Below are positions 28,135 through 39,159 of a stretch of 64,000 nt of DNA, in pieces (position 1 is the stretch's first letter; the number at the start of each line of letters is the position of its first letter). The notes beneath the pieces are model-generated. The model had not been told where the DNA came from. It searched no databases and saw only the letters and a list, made by a program, of their open reading frames with translations. This stretch comes from Azolla caroliniana (Eukaryota; Plantae; Polypodiophyta), in contig JBHGNT010000003.1 in assembly GCA_043228905.1 (NCBI GenBank), forward strand, positions 20,584,001 to 20,648,000, given 5' to 3'. Position numbers and translations under genes: made by a program.

Positions 28135-28405
28135 AAAGGATTGGACTAGATTGCAGACAATTTTGATGGATGCAATGGGATTAGACTAGATTTGCAGACA
28201 GTTTTGATGGATGCAAAGGGATTGAACTAGATTTGCAGACAATTTTGAGTGATGCAAACGGATTGTTCTAGATTGCAGACAATTTTGATGGAGGCGAAGG
28301 GATTGGACTAGATTGGGGACAAATAATTTGATGGATGCCAAAGAACCGGCTGAGAAACGTGTGCAGGGATTGGATTGGATTGGAATGCAGACAATTTCCT
28401 AGCAT
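28135..28405. repeat. ~40-bp tandem repeat (~6 copies) just 3' of the ERF stop
   Basis: Unit GGATTGGACTAGATTGCAGACAATTTTGATGGATGCAAAG. Confidence 0.88.
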
Positions 28406-31197
28406 GCGAATGAATGAACGCAGATGTGATTTCATAGCCTATCGCAACGAATGTGCAGTAGAATTTGTGAAATCTTTATACAGTTTGGGTGGGGTGGGGT
28501 TGTAAGAAAGTCACAATTTTGGATTAATCTCCTGTGGCCATTATATGAAGAGAAAGCATAATGCATTCGATAATTTTTGGCAAACCCTTAATTCATATAC
28601 TACAACTTACAAGAATAAGGGTTGATTGAGTAAACCCTAAATCCTAAACCCTAAACAATATGTGAGTGATGGATATGCGGTTGAGAGTGTAGTGTATTTG
28701 TAATTAGCTCTGAGTTTTATGGGTTTAGGGTGCCTGGTCCTAGTTTTAGTCTGAATACCAGCTAAGTTTAGGCGAGCAACCGAATAGTTGGATTGATTCG
28801 GTTAAAAGAGTGGTCTGATTCGGTTAAAAAGAGTGGTTGCTTATCTATCTTAAATGGGGTTTTCTTGAATTGTTGGTCGTGAACCAACTTTCCTTTTAGC
28901 CATTAAGCTACTCGATCCGACCTAATTGTGACTCTAATTGTCCTTATCGATCTCAAATGGGGTTTTCTTGAATTGTTTCTTGGAAACCAACTTGATTCGA
29001 GCTAATTGTGACTCTAATTGTCCCAAGTGTAGGCACTCCCTAACATAATGCCCTTTAGTTTGCTAGTCACATGTTGTGAAGGTACTACTAATTCAATGTA
29101 GTTGGATGACTCCATTTAATCTTAAGATATTAAAACTAACATCACGAATTTCACCTCTTAAGGTTTTTGATTGGTTGGTTTCTTCCTTCTCCTCCTTGAC
29201 TTCACAATTTGAATGTTCTTCCCTTTGGAGCAAAGTAATTGGTTGTCTTTGAGTCTTAGCTTATTGTATACCTTGGGAGCATTTCAACATGCACATCTTC
29301 CTTCATTTTCTTTCATTATAACCAAGTTCAAAAACTATGAGAATACCAACTTTACTTGATCTATTGCTTCATAAGTGTAAGTTTTACTAACGAGCTAAAC
29401 TTGTCTTGCATGTTGGCACTCACGTAGCCACTCATATTGGCCACACACAAACACATACACCCTTCTTACATAGACTCTGTAATCTAGTATGATGGGAAAT
29501 CCAAAGTGTGTTGGGGACCTTCAAGTAATCTATATTGTACAACAAATCTAATTTAGGACATTGAAAAATAGGGGGCATAATTATCATTGTGAATATTCTA
29601 GGAAACATAATAAGCATGAAGTTATTGATAGTGGGAAAACATAAATAAACGGTATGCATAGAGAGTTGACGCATGTACATTGGAACATAGTGGTGAAAAA
29701 AATGTATACTCTACATTTAGAATATGCTATGAAGTATTTATACTTATTTTAGGTTTTAGAAATGCCAAATTTCAACTTTTAAGGTATTCTAGTCATTTAA
29801 AAAGTATTTAACATTTCGAAAAACTTTAAAAAATCTTAAAGTCGTAAAAATGTTTGTTTTGACAAAAAAACTTTAAAATTTAAGAAGTATTTAATGTATT
29901 TTTATACGTATACTGAGTATTTAACATATTTTCTCTGTAGAATATGTATTGTAAGTATTTTTTTTTAAAAGAGTTAGTATACTTGTGTAATACTTAGCAT
30001 ATGTATTCTATGCCTATTAAGCTAAGTATTCTACAACAATCCATTGAAGAATATAATAAACCTTAAGATATCATCAATGGGAAAACATAGGTAATTGGCA
30101 TGAACCAGAAGTTGAGACACAAGCATGCATATGAATTCAACACATACAATGATCAATCTCTTAACCTTCAACCAAGCATTTAGTATTTTGGTACAATTAC
30201 TACCTTCAAAAATTGGTGAAATGCGATGAATCTTGTGGAACATGCATGGGAGCTTAGAAACCCGAAAGAAATATCGTGTCACATTATTATGATGTAAGTT
30301 AACTATAGTATTGCACCCTTTATGTAGCTCTCAAATGAATTTGGCTTGTGAGACAATGTCCCAAATTAAGACGAGTGAGTTCTTTTGACGGTCAAATTAA
30401 GGTACAATACATCACATAGTGGTCATTGCCGCTATTTAAGTTACTACATTTATCTAATCCTAATTGATACAAGTGTAATTTTGAGTGGAGTAAAATGAGA
30501 TATCATTGATCCTACAATATAACAAATGTAAAAGATGTGGGAAATGATGTGAGCAAAGAGTATAAAATGACTCTTATTGTCTTTTGGAGAGGACAATGTT
30601 GAGTAGAAGAACCTAGCATTTGGGTTGTACGGTGTAATTAGGTTATAAGTTCTACAAGTCCCAAATATGATGGAGTAAAATGAGGCGTTATTGATCCTCT
30701 ATGAGATGAGACCGTACACCCTCCTTGTTGTAGACGAAGTCGTCTGTGCGGAAGATCAAGAAGCATTCGATTTCTTCTGAGTACCTGCGTATGACAGATT
30801 GTAGGTCGTGCACAGAGAGAGAGAGAGAGAGACACAAAAGACTTTCTTATTTCACAAAGAGACAATACAACAACCAACCTCACAAAAAGGTTACAAGGTC
30901 ACTATATATAGTGACCGACTTAGGGCAACTACCCTTTATGCTAATTACATAAATGGCCAAAACAGGATAGTGTGAATACGTCCATTATACACATGTATTC
31001 GACACTCCCCCGTAATGGGCGTATACATGGGTTATCTAAGATTACAGGTATAGACTTAGGTTCTCGGACATATCAGCTTTGTTCGAGTCGGCAGGGTCCG
31101 AAGACAGAAGACCGAACTGGTCGGGTCGGAACAGTTGAAGCCGATCATTAAGGAACTGATGTCGGTTGTCGGGAACCATCCTGCTCTGTGTCCGGCT

Positions 31198-34100
31198 CTA
31201 ACCGGACTGGTTTGTCGATACGCCCATCTGATGCCGAAGAGACCGAAAACGGTCTGCCGAAAGACACTTGGTCATTCCATCTGCGACATTGTCGGTTGTG
31301 GATATTTTCTCTAGACCGATTTTCCCTGAAATGACGCAGTCCCGAACGAAGTGATATCGAACGTCGATATGTTTGGAGGCGTTGTGGTGAACCGGATTTT
31401 TCGACAAGGCAACAGCACCTTGACTGTCGTGTGCGCCAGCCGACCGAGCCACAAAGCTTCTTTTGCTGCGTCGGACGCAGCTACATATTCTGCTTCGGTC
31501 GTTGAGGTCGCTGTGCACTCCTGAAGTTTCGACTTCCACGAGATTGCTCCATTGCCGAATTTGAAGCAGTATCCGGTTGTTGATTTCCGACTGTCTATAC
31601 AGCCAGCGAAGTCCGAGTCGGTGTAACCGACTACGCCTGAGGTTCGGTTCGGACCGAAAAGAATGCCGTGGTCTTTTGTGCCAGCCAGATATCTGAACAC
31701 ATGCTTGACTGCGTTCCAATGTGATCGGCCAGGATTGTGCATAAATCTGCTAACGACTCCTACGGCGTGAGAAATATCAGGCCGTGTCGCGACCATCAGG
31801 TACATAAGGGAGCCGACTGCCGGTGCATACGGTACCGACTTCATATCTTCCCCCTCCGGACCGGATGTCGGGCAGTCTCGCTGAGAGAGCCGAAGATTCA
31901 TAGGGAGCGGGGTTGAAGCAGATTTGGCTGATTGCATGTTGAAGCGTTCTAAGACACGTCGGATATAGTCGGTCTGAGACAGAAAAAGATGTCGTTTATC
32001 GCGATGCCGACTAATCTTCATGCCGAGTATGTGTCGTGCCGGACCGAGGTCCTTCATGGCAAACTTCAACCGCGGTTGCCGAATGAGATCGGCAAGTTCG
32101 CCCGCGTGGCGTCCAGAAATTAGCATGTCGTCCACGTAAATGATGAGGAAGATGGGTGATCCATCTTGAGCTGTGTTGGTGAAGAGACAATGGTCCTCAT
32201 CGCTTTTGGAGAAGCCGATCGATTGGATGAAGTCGTCGAACTTCTTGTACCATTGTCGTGGTGCCTGTTTGAGGCCGTATAGACTCTTCCTGAGTCGGCA
32301 GACTAGATGTTCTTGGCCAGTTGCCACGAAGCCTTTTGGCTGCTCCATATAGATTTCCTCCTCGAGATCACCATGGAGGAAGGCTGTTTTGACATCTAGC
32401 TGAATCAACTCCAAGTTGTCGGCTGCCACTACGCCGAGTAGAAAACGAAGGGTTGTCATTTTCACCACTGGTGAAAAAATCTCGTCGAAGTCGACGCCAT
32501 ATTCTTGTCGGAAGCCCTTCGCAACTAATCTGGCCTTGTACTTTGGGGTGGTCGAATCAGACGTCTCTTTTAGTCGATAGACCCACTTGCAAGGAAGAGC
32601 ACGTCGGTTCCTAGGTAATTCGACCAGATCCCAGGTCTTGTTTGCCCGAATGGAGTGCATTTCCGACTCCATCGCCAGATGCCAGGTGGCGGAATCGACA
32701 GATGTCGATGCTTCTTCGTAAGACGTTGGTTCGCCGGCGTCGGTGAAGAAAATTCCAGGAGAATACCTCTCCGGAGGTTGCGACAGTCTCTCGGATCGTC
32801 GAGGTATGATTGGACTGGTCGGATGGTCCGAAAGCGGATTGTTCTGCTGTGTCGAGTCGGAGTTGTCCGAGTCGGTAGTGTAAGGTTCACTACCCGTGAA
32901 GCTGACCGTGTGTTGAGAGAGGGGCCTTCTTGAAGGGTCGGCACATCGGAAAACGTTACCCTTCGGACTTCGATCGGTTTTTCGACTGATGGATTCATAG
33001 CCGACTCGTTGAACACAACGTCCGAACTTCGAACGATTTGCCTGCGTTCGGGGTCCCAGAGTCGGTATCCCATTTCGCCGTCGGATCCATATCCAAGGAA
33101 AATGCATTTCCTGGACCGAGGTGCAAGTTTTCGGCGATCATCTTTCGGAATAAGGGCGTACGCCTCGCATCCGAAGATCCTCAGCTTGTCGTAATTCGGC
33201 TTACTGCCGATCCATAGTTCCTGAGGAATTTGAAGTCCTAGAGGTCTACTTGGCGACATATTGATTATGTGTACTGCCGTGAGTAGAGCCTCTGCCCAGA
33301 AGCCATCCGACAGTCCGGAGTGTTGGAGCATGGAAACTATCCTTTCTTGGTTTGTCCGATTCATTCGTTCTGCAATCCCGTTTTGCTCCGGACTGTGTGG
33401 TGCCGTAAATTCACGTCGGATGCCGCGTTGTCGGCAGAATTTGACGAATTCTTCGGATTTAAATTCTCCCCCATTGTCTGTCCGAAAGCATTTCAGCTTT
33501 CGGTCGGTTTGATTTTCTACCATAGCGAGCCAATCGGTGAAGATCGAGAAGACCCGATCTTTGGTGCGAATTGGATAAGCCCACACCTTTCGAGTCGAAT
33601 CGTCAATAAAAGTGACGAAGTAAGAGGCACCGCCGAGAGACTGATGCAGCATTGGGCCACAGACGTCCGAGTGGACCAAATCAAGAGGTCTCGTTTCTCT
33701 GGGTGCTGATGTCGGGTGTGATGCGGCTGCTTGTTTGCCATACTGGCAATGCTCGCAGAATTGATGGTCCGAGAAGGAGAGTTTGGGGATGTATCCGGCT
33801 CTAGATAGGTGCGTGATGCCGGCCTTGCTGAGGTGTCCTAATCTTCGGTGCCATAGTGATGACACAGGAATATCCACCAAAAACAGGTTACCCTCTCTGA
33901 GCGTAACATGTAACGGATACAGTGAGTGTATCTTGGGTCCTCTAGCAAGCAGGAGGTTCCCCCTGTGGAGTGTCCACCCTCCCGAAGAAAAACCGGCACG
34001 AATGCCGTCTTCATCTAGTTGTCCGACTGAGATCAATGGCCTTGACAGCTCGGGTACATGTCGGACATTGTGGAGTACAAGTGTAGAGCCCCCTGCAAGG

Positions 34101-35149
34101 TTGAGCTCTACTGTGCCGATTCCGATGATGTCACAGTGTTGTGAGTTGCCGACTCGAACTGAGTCGGAGTGACGGATCGTATATTGCCGAAATTGGGATC
34201 GATGAGGAGTCACGTGAAATGACGCGCCCGAATCTAAGAGCCATGTGCTCGACTCTTCAGTCGTGAGTAGAACTTCTGATCCGACTGGATTTTCGATTGA
34301 TAGTATATTCGGGTCGTCTGGTAGCACATCAGCTGAGAAGTTGACGTAATTGATCTCCTCATGCCGGCCACTCTTCTTGTTGTTCTTGTTCTTGAGTGCG
34401 CGGCAGTCGGCTTTGATGTGTCCGGGTTTCTTGCAATAGTTGCAGATTCGGTTATCCCGTGACTGGCTCCGTCTTCGCTGATTGTTCGGCGGCCGTGAGG
34501 AATCTCTTCCTCGTATGTTCGATCGGTCTGTCGAACCTTGCACTACGTAAGCGTCGTCTGTTGAGTCTTTGGCGAAAGACTTTCTCCGAGCTGCTTCGGT
34601 CAGGATTGCGCTCGTGACTTCGGAGTATTTAACAGCCGTGGTTGACGCGTTGCACACGGTTGTGACGAAAGTTTCCCATGATGAGGGAAGGCTGCTCATG
34701 AGTATCATTGCTCTGAGTTCATCCTCGATTGCCATCCCCTGTGACGAGATTTGGGAGCTTATGCTTTCGTACTCATTGAGGTGTGCTTGAACCGAATCGG
34801 ATTCTTTCATCCGCAAGTTGTAGAGGCGCCGGATCAGAAACATCTTCGTTGCGGCGACCTTCTTTTCGTAAGTGTCCGACAGTGTTTTCCACAGTTCGAA
34901 TGCTGTCGTACACGATTGCACCGTAAAGTATACCGATTCCGATAGGTGCATCCGAATCGTGGCGCGGACAATTCTGTCCAGCTTCTGCCACTCAATTGGT
35001 TTGTATCCTTCTGGAGGTTCTTCATTTTCGATGGGATCGATTTGCCCCTTGACTATGAGATAGTCCTGCATTTGTTCCTTCCAGAAGTTGAAGTTCGATC
35101 CATCGAACTTTCGTAGACTCATTTCTGACGAGCCGGATGTTGATGCCAT
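31198..35149 (-). pseudogene. Copia-2 gag-pol, broken into three frames (32570-35152, 31311-33107, 31198-31719)
   Basis: CNYCKKPGHIKADC, LDSGAS, rve, YVDDML, GYTDSD, KHIDVRYHF. Frameshifts/deletions near 32900 and 31430. Confidence 0.92.
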
Positions 35150-36039
35150 CAAACTTGGTTTCTGTTGACGAAGCTCGGTTCGGAATTGACTACGAACCTT
35201 GTTGGAGTGCAGCCGGTTGGCTCACCCGATATCGTTCTAGTCGGATTTGAACCCGAGTCGGTTCGGCTTCGGAACTTGCTCGAATTGACTCCGGTAGCTT
35301 GAGGGACAGAACCGACTGGTCTTCCCGAATGTTGCCGAGTCGGAGTGAGCCCGGTTCGCTTCGGATATATATGCCGAATGCCGATTATTGAAACCGATTA
35401 TCTGGACCGATTCTGCTTCGGTTGACTGCAGCAACGAGAGAGACGGATCCAACTGATCCTCCCGAATGTCGATCAGCCAGATGAAGCACGAATTTGGGGC
35501 TGTTGTCAATGTTGCACAAGGGGATTTCACCTCGAGTGGTTACGATCACAAGGAACGGAGTACAGCCGGCTGGCTTACTCCAGGCGAAGATGATCTAACG
35601 CGATGAGGTGCAATCCTCGTTTTTCTTGTTATTCGCTTAGCCGGACAAGGCCTAACACAAGGTGTCACGGAGACACTTCACCAAAGGGTGATTACGGCAT
35701 AGGATTAAGATTCAACGATTACACCGACTTACGTAGGTTACACGATTAGATTGCTTGGTTAATTACACGCGTAAGATATAACAGTGATTACAGAACGGAA
35801 ATCAAGACAGAAGTACAAACATCATAAGCTCTATTAATTATCCGCTGTCATTACAATAGGGTCCGGGCCTTTAAATAGGTTTCCGGCCCGTAGTACAAAA
35901 CGGTGCCCCTCGCACCTATTCGGGATCCGTCCGGATCTGGAACGGCATACCGTTTCCAGTCCGTCCGTCCACACTATCCTCATTTACAACCATATATAAT
36001 TAATTCCGTATTTTGGACTCCTTGCCGGCCGGTAACACA

Positions 36040-36056
36040 TGGCACGCCCGTGGGAC
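36040..36056 (+). other. Second PBS-like site (tRNA-Arg 3' end copy) at the PPT position of Gypsy-1
   Basis: TGGCACGCCCGTGGGAC begins 2 nt inside the 3' LTR boundary. On the element strand it reads GTCCCACGGGCGTGCCA-TG-[LTR]. Confidence 0.7.
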
Positions 36057-36089
36057 AATACCTTGTACGTCGAACCCTTCTCGGCCCCT

Positions 36090-39068
36090 TCATTGTTCAC
36101 CCGAATTGTCCAAAATACTTGGTTCAAGAATTTCCGCTTGTTCTTTCGGTTGTGGTTGTTGCGGCTGTGCTTGCTGCTGCTGCTGTGATTGCGGTTGTGA
36201 CTGAGGTTGCTCCGGCTGCTCTGCTTGCTGCTGCTGCTCCATTTGTTTCGCTGACTCCGGCTGCTCAGTTTGTCTCTCTGGCTCCTGCATCTCCGTTTGA
36301 CTGCTTCCGGTCCGGTCTCCTTCCAGTAACGGTTCCTCATCACTGAGGTTGACCGTAACTGGTTCTCGTTCTTTCTCTCCCCGGATCCGGGACCTCTCGT
36401 AGCTTTCAAACTGGATCTGCGCCTCCAGCCTGTCGTCGTCCAGCTGAGCTACAAGTTGCCGGACTTGCTCTAGTTGGTCCTCTGCCAAGGCTTGAAAGTC
36501 TTCGGCAAGCTCATCTCTTATGCCGGTGAAGTCCTCGGAAGTCAGCATATAGCAATCATCTCCCTCCTTTCGCCGGTTCTCTACGTCGGCCCGGAGCAAT
36601 TGGAGTTCCGCCGCGTCCGTGGCCCACTTGGTCCACCATTTGACGGAGCCGTTGTCGATCAAGCTCTTGGTCTGGTTCAACCAGGCCCGCATGATATCTT
36701 GGATGCGACTTGCTCCCATTTGTGCTCTGCTTTCCACCACTTGTCGCTCCTCCTTCAGCTGCTTGATGAGATTTGACGTATCCTCCGCCTGCTCTCGGTA
36801 GCGCGTCAGCTGCCCTTGATATGTCGTTTGCAGCCTCTGCAGTACCTCCGCCGCTCTTTCTTTTTCCGCCTGCTGTTGCCTGAGGAGCTCTGTCCGAACC
36901 TTCTCCGCCTCTTCCAACCGTCTTCTGTTTTCTGCTTGTTCCTTGGCGAATGCGGTTGCGGTCCGATCAACTGCTTGCCGGAGCTCATCCGTCCGTTCCT
37001 TGTGCTCCGTTTGCAACCGTTTATACTCCCGGTGCAATTGCTCAAATTCCTCCGTTTTTTGTTTGAGCTTGCCGTTGATCTGGCGATTGTTCCGGTCCTC
37101 CCGGTCCTTTACCTGCCGGAGTTCCTCTTTCAGGCGCTCTACTTCTGTTTCGGCGTTCCTCCGGAGCTTGTCCTTCTCTTGCAGCATTTTCTCCTTTTCC
37201 TCCTTGAGCCGGTCGTAAGCTTGGTGGCCTTTCCGTAAGCTCTCCTCGGCCCGGCGTAGATTCTCAGCAGTCTTTTTGAGTTCTGCCTCCGCTGCCGTCT
37301 TCAATTCTCTTTCGCGGCTCCTCAGCGCTTCTTGGGCAGCAAGCTCATCCTTTAAATCCGCAAGCTCTTGGGCTTGTGCCGCATTTCTCTCCGGAACGGT
37401 TTCCGTTGCCGGGGTCTGATTGCTATGTACAGGTTGATTTGATACTTTATTCTGTACATTGCCCGGAGTCACCGGTGCTTGGACTTGTGTTTCCCTTGTG
37501 ATCCTGTCCAAGTCTTCTTCAAGGCTCCGGATTCTGGACCGGGCCGTCTCTAGATCTACGGTTGTGACGAGCAACCGTTCCTGGTGCGTTCTCTCTTCCG
37601 CCTCTATATACTCGACCACTCCGGCGATTTGCTCGCCTACCCACCGTAGCCACATGCTACTGGTGCCCTGTTGCTGTACTGGTCGAGTCGCCTCATTCAT
37701 CGTGGAATTGTCTGGCCTGATTGCCTGCATATGCCGTTCTGGTTCTACTCCTTGGCCGCCGTGTGCTCTGGCTGGGCTCGCCGGCTGTTGAGTTCCGGTT
37801 CTCGCCGTCTCCGGAGCCGTTGGACTGACTTCTTCTATAGAAGTCGACAAGACCGGTTCCCTACGTACCGGTTCCGGTTCTTCCCTTGTGGTTTGCTCAG
37901 GTTGAGTTGGGGGCGTCTCTGCCTCTCGCGGGTACGACCGCTCCCCTCCTGCCTCGGCGGTCCTACTTCTTGACCGTCGTTGGAGGTGCTCTTCTGGCTC
38001 CTCCGTTTCCTCTTCCTGTGTCACGGCATGTTTCTGTGCCGTCAAGGGTTCCGGTTCCTTCTGTCCTGGTCTCCGTAAGGTTATTTTGACGGGTCGGACC
38101 GGTGACACCTCCTCCGGTTCTGGGGCCCGTTTCTTCCCTTTCGTCGCCTTCGACGCCAGCAGCTGCTGTCGTTTGGACGCCGGCTTCGAGGTGCTCCCTT
38201 CCGATACTCTTGGCCGCTTCTTTGGCTGGACGGTCTCCACCGGCGGCACGAGCAATGTTATCCATTGAGCTACGGCGTGCCACAGCTTCCGGCCCTCCTT
38301 GCCGTCCTTCCCTCGTACCATGTCGATTGCCATGCACAGCCCGTCTGCAATCAGCACCGGCCAGTCCACCTTGACCCCTTCATATGTGGCTATGATCATC
38401 CCTGCCCAATTTTTTGGCATGACAGGGGGTCGGGGGTACACGTGACCGTACTCATGCAGCACTCGAGCTATCTCCCTGAATAGCGGATCTTCGCCGCCCT
38501 GCGTCCGATAGCCTTTGCCGGCAACAGAGTACTCACCGAAATATCGGGTGAGTTGCTCCGAGGTTGGGTTATCGATCTGAAAGATTCCTCCCTCCGGAAG
38601 GCCTGTTAGCGCGCGGATCGCTTCCTCGGTGATGACCTCTGTGGCGAGCTCCTTGATGACCCGGTCGGCTTCTCTGTGCGGCGGTGCCTCCATGATGGCC
38701 AAGAACCCCTCCAGTCCGTTTTGCCTGAACCATTTCCTGGCCGCTTCCGACAGCGTTTGGGGTTCCATGTCTGCTTCAAGGTCGAGGGAAGATGGCGAGG
38801 TAGAGTGGTGATGAGAGTGAGAGCGAGAGAGAGAGCGTTCTGAGCGCGGAGGTTCTCTGCGTGCAGGTTCGCGTTTGCTCAGCTTCCACTGTCTTGGTGC
38901 TTCTGTGCTTCTTGGCTCGCGAAATGAAAAGGTCTCCATGCGTTCTGCTTCTTCTTTGTGCGTTTTGGCGCCTTTTTCGAGCATGCACACGTCGTGTACC
39001 CATTTAGTATTAAGTAGCGTGGCGTCTCTTAAATGCCCACTACGTACCTTTTCGCGCCTCGCTTTCAC
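36090..39068 (-). CDS. Gypsy-1 additional ORF (up to 992 aa): globular N-terminal domain, P/E-rich linker, long coiled coil
   Basis: Uninterrupted ~3-kb ORF between the pol stop and the 3' LTR, same strand as pol. The true start may be a downstream ATG (e.g. ~38985 or ~38939). Confidence 0.85.
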   Translation of the reverse strand: MKARREKVRSGHLRDATLLNTKWVHDVCMLEKGAKTHKEEAERMETFSFREPRSTEAPRQWKLSKREPARREPPRSERSLSRSHSHHHSTSPSSLDLEADMEPQTLSEAARKWFRQNGLEGFLAIMEAPPHREADRVIKELATEVITEEAIRALTGLPEGGIFQIDNPTSEQLTRYFGEYSVAGKGYRTQGGEDPLFREIARVLHEYGHVYPRPPVMPKNWAGMIIATYEGVKVDWPVLIADGLCMAIDMVRGKDGKEGRKLWHAVAQWITLLVPPVETVQPKKRPRVSEGSTSKPASKRQQLLASKATKGKKRAPEPEEVSPVRPVKITLRRPGQKEPEPLTAQKHAVTQEEETEEPEEHLQRRSRSRTAEAGGERSYPREAETPPTQPEQTTREEPEPVRREPVLSTSIEEVSPTAPETARTGTQQPASPARAHGGQGVEPERHMQAIRPDNSTMNEATRPVQQQGTSSMWLRWVGEQIAGVVEYIEAEERTHQERLLVTTVDLETARSRIRSLEEDLDRITRETQVQAPVTPGNVQNKVSNQPVHSNQTPATETVPERNAAQAQELADLKDELAAQEALRSRERELKTAAEAELKKTAENLRRAEESLRKGHQAYDRLKEEKEKMLQEKDKLRRNAETEVERLKEELRQVKDREDRNNRQINGKLKQKTEEFEQLHREYKRLQTEHKERTDELRQAVDRTATAFAKEQAENRRRLEEAEKVRTELLRQQQAEKERAAEVLQRLQTTYQGQLTRYREQAEDTSNLIKQLKEERQVVESRAQMGASRIQDIMRAWLNQTKSLIDNGSVKWWTKWATDAAELQLLRADVENRRKEGDDCYMLTSEDFTGIRDELAEDFQALAEDQLEQVRQLVAQLDDDRLEAQIQFESYERSRIRGEKEREPVTVNLSDEEPLLEGDRTGSSQTEMQEPERQTEQPESAKQMEQQQQAEQPEQPQSQPQSQQQQQAQPQQPQPKEQAEILEPSILDNSGEQ

Positions 39069-39096
39069 ACCCGTTCATACCTCGATTTTTAATGAT

Positions 39097-39134
<38 letters not shown>

Positions 39135-39159
39135 CAGTCTTTAATGACGGTGTGTGACC

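Noticed and set aside
28631-28730. Interstitial telomere (AAACCCT-like motifs)
   Set aside because: Only 3-4 imperfect units; common telo-box-like sequence.
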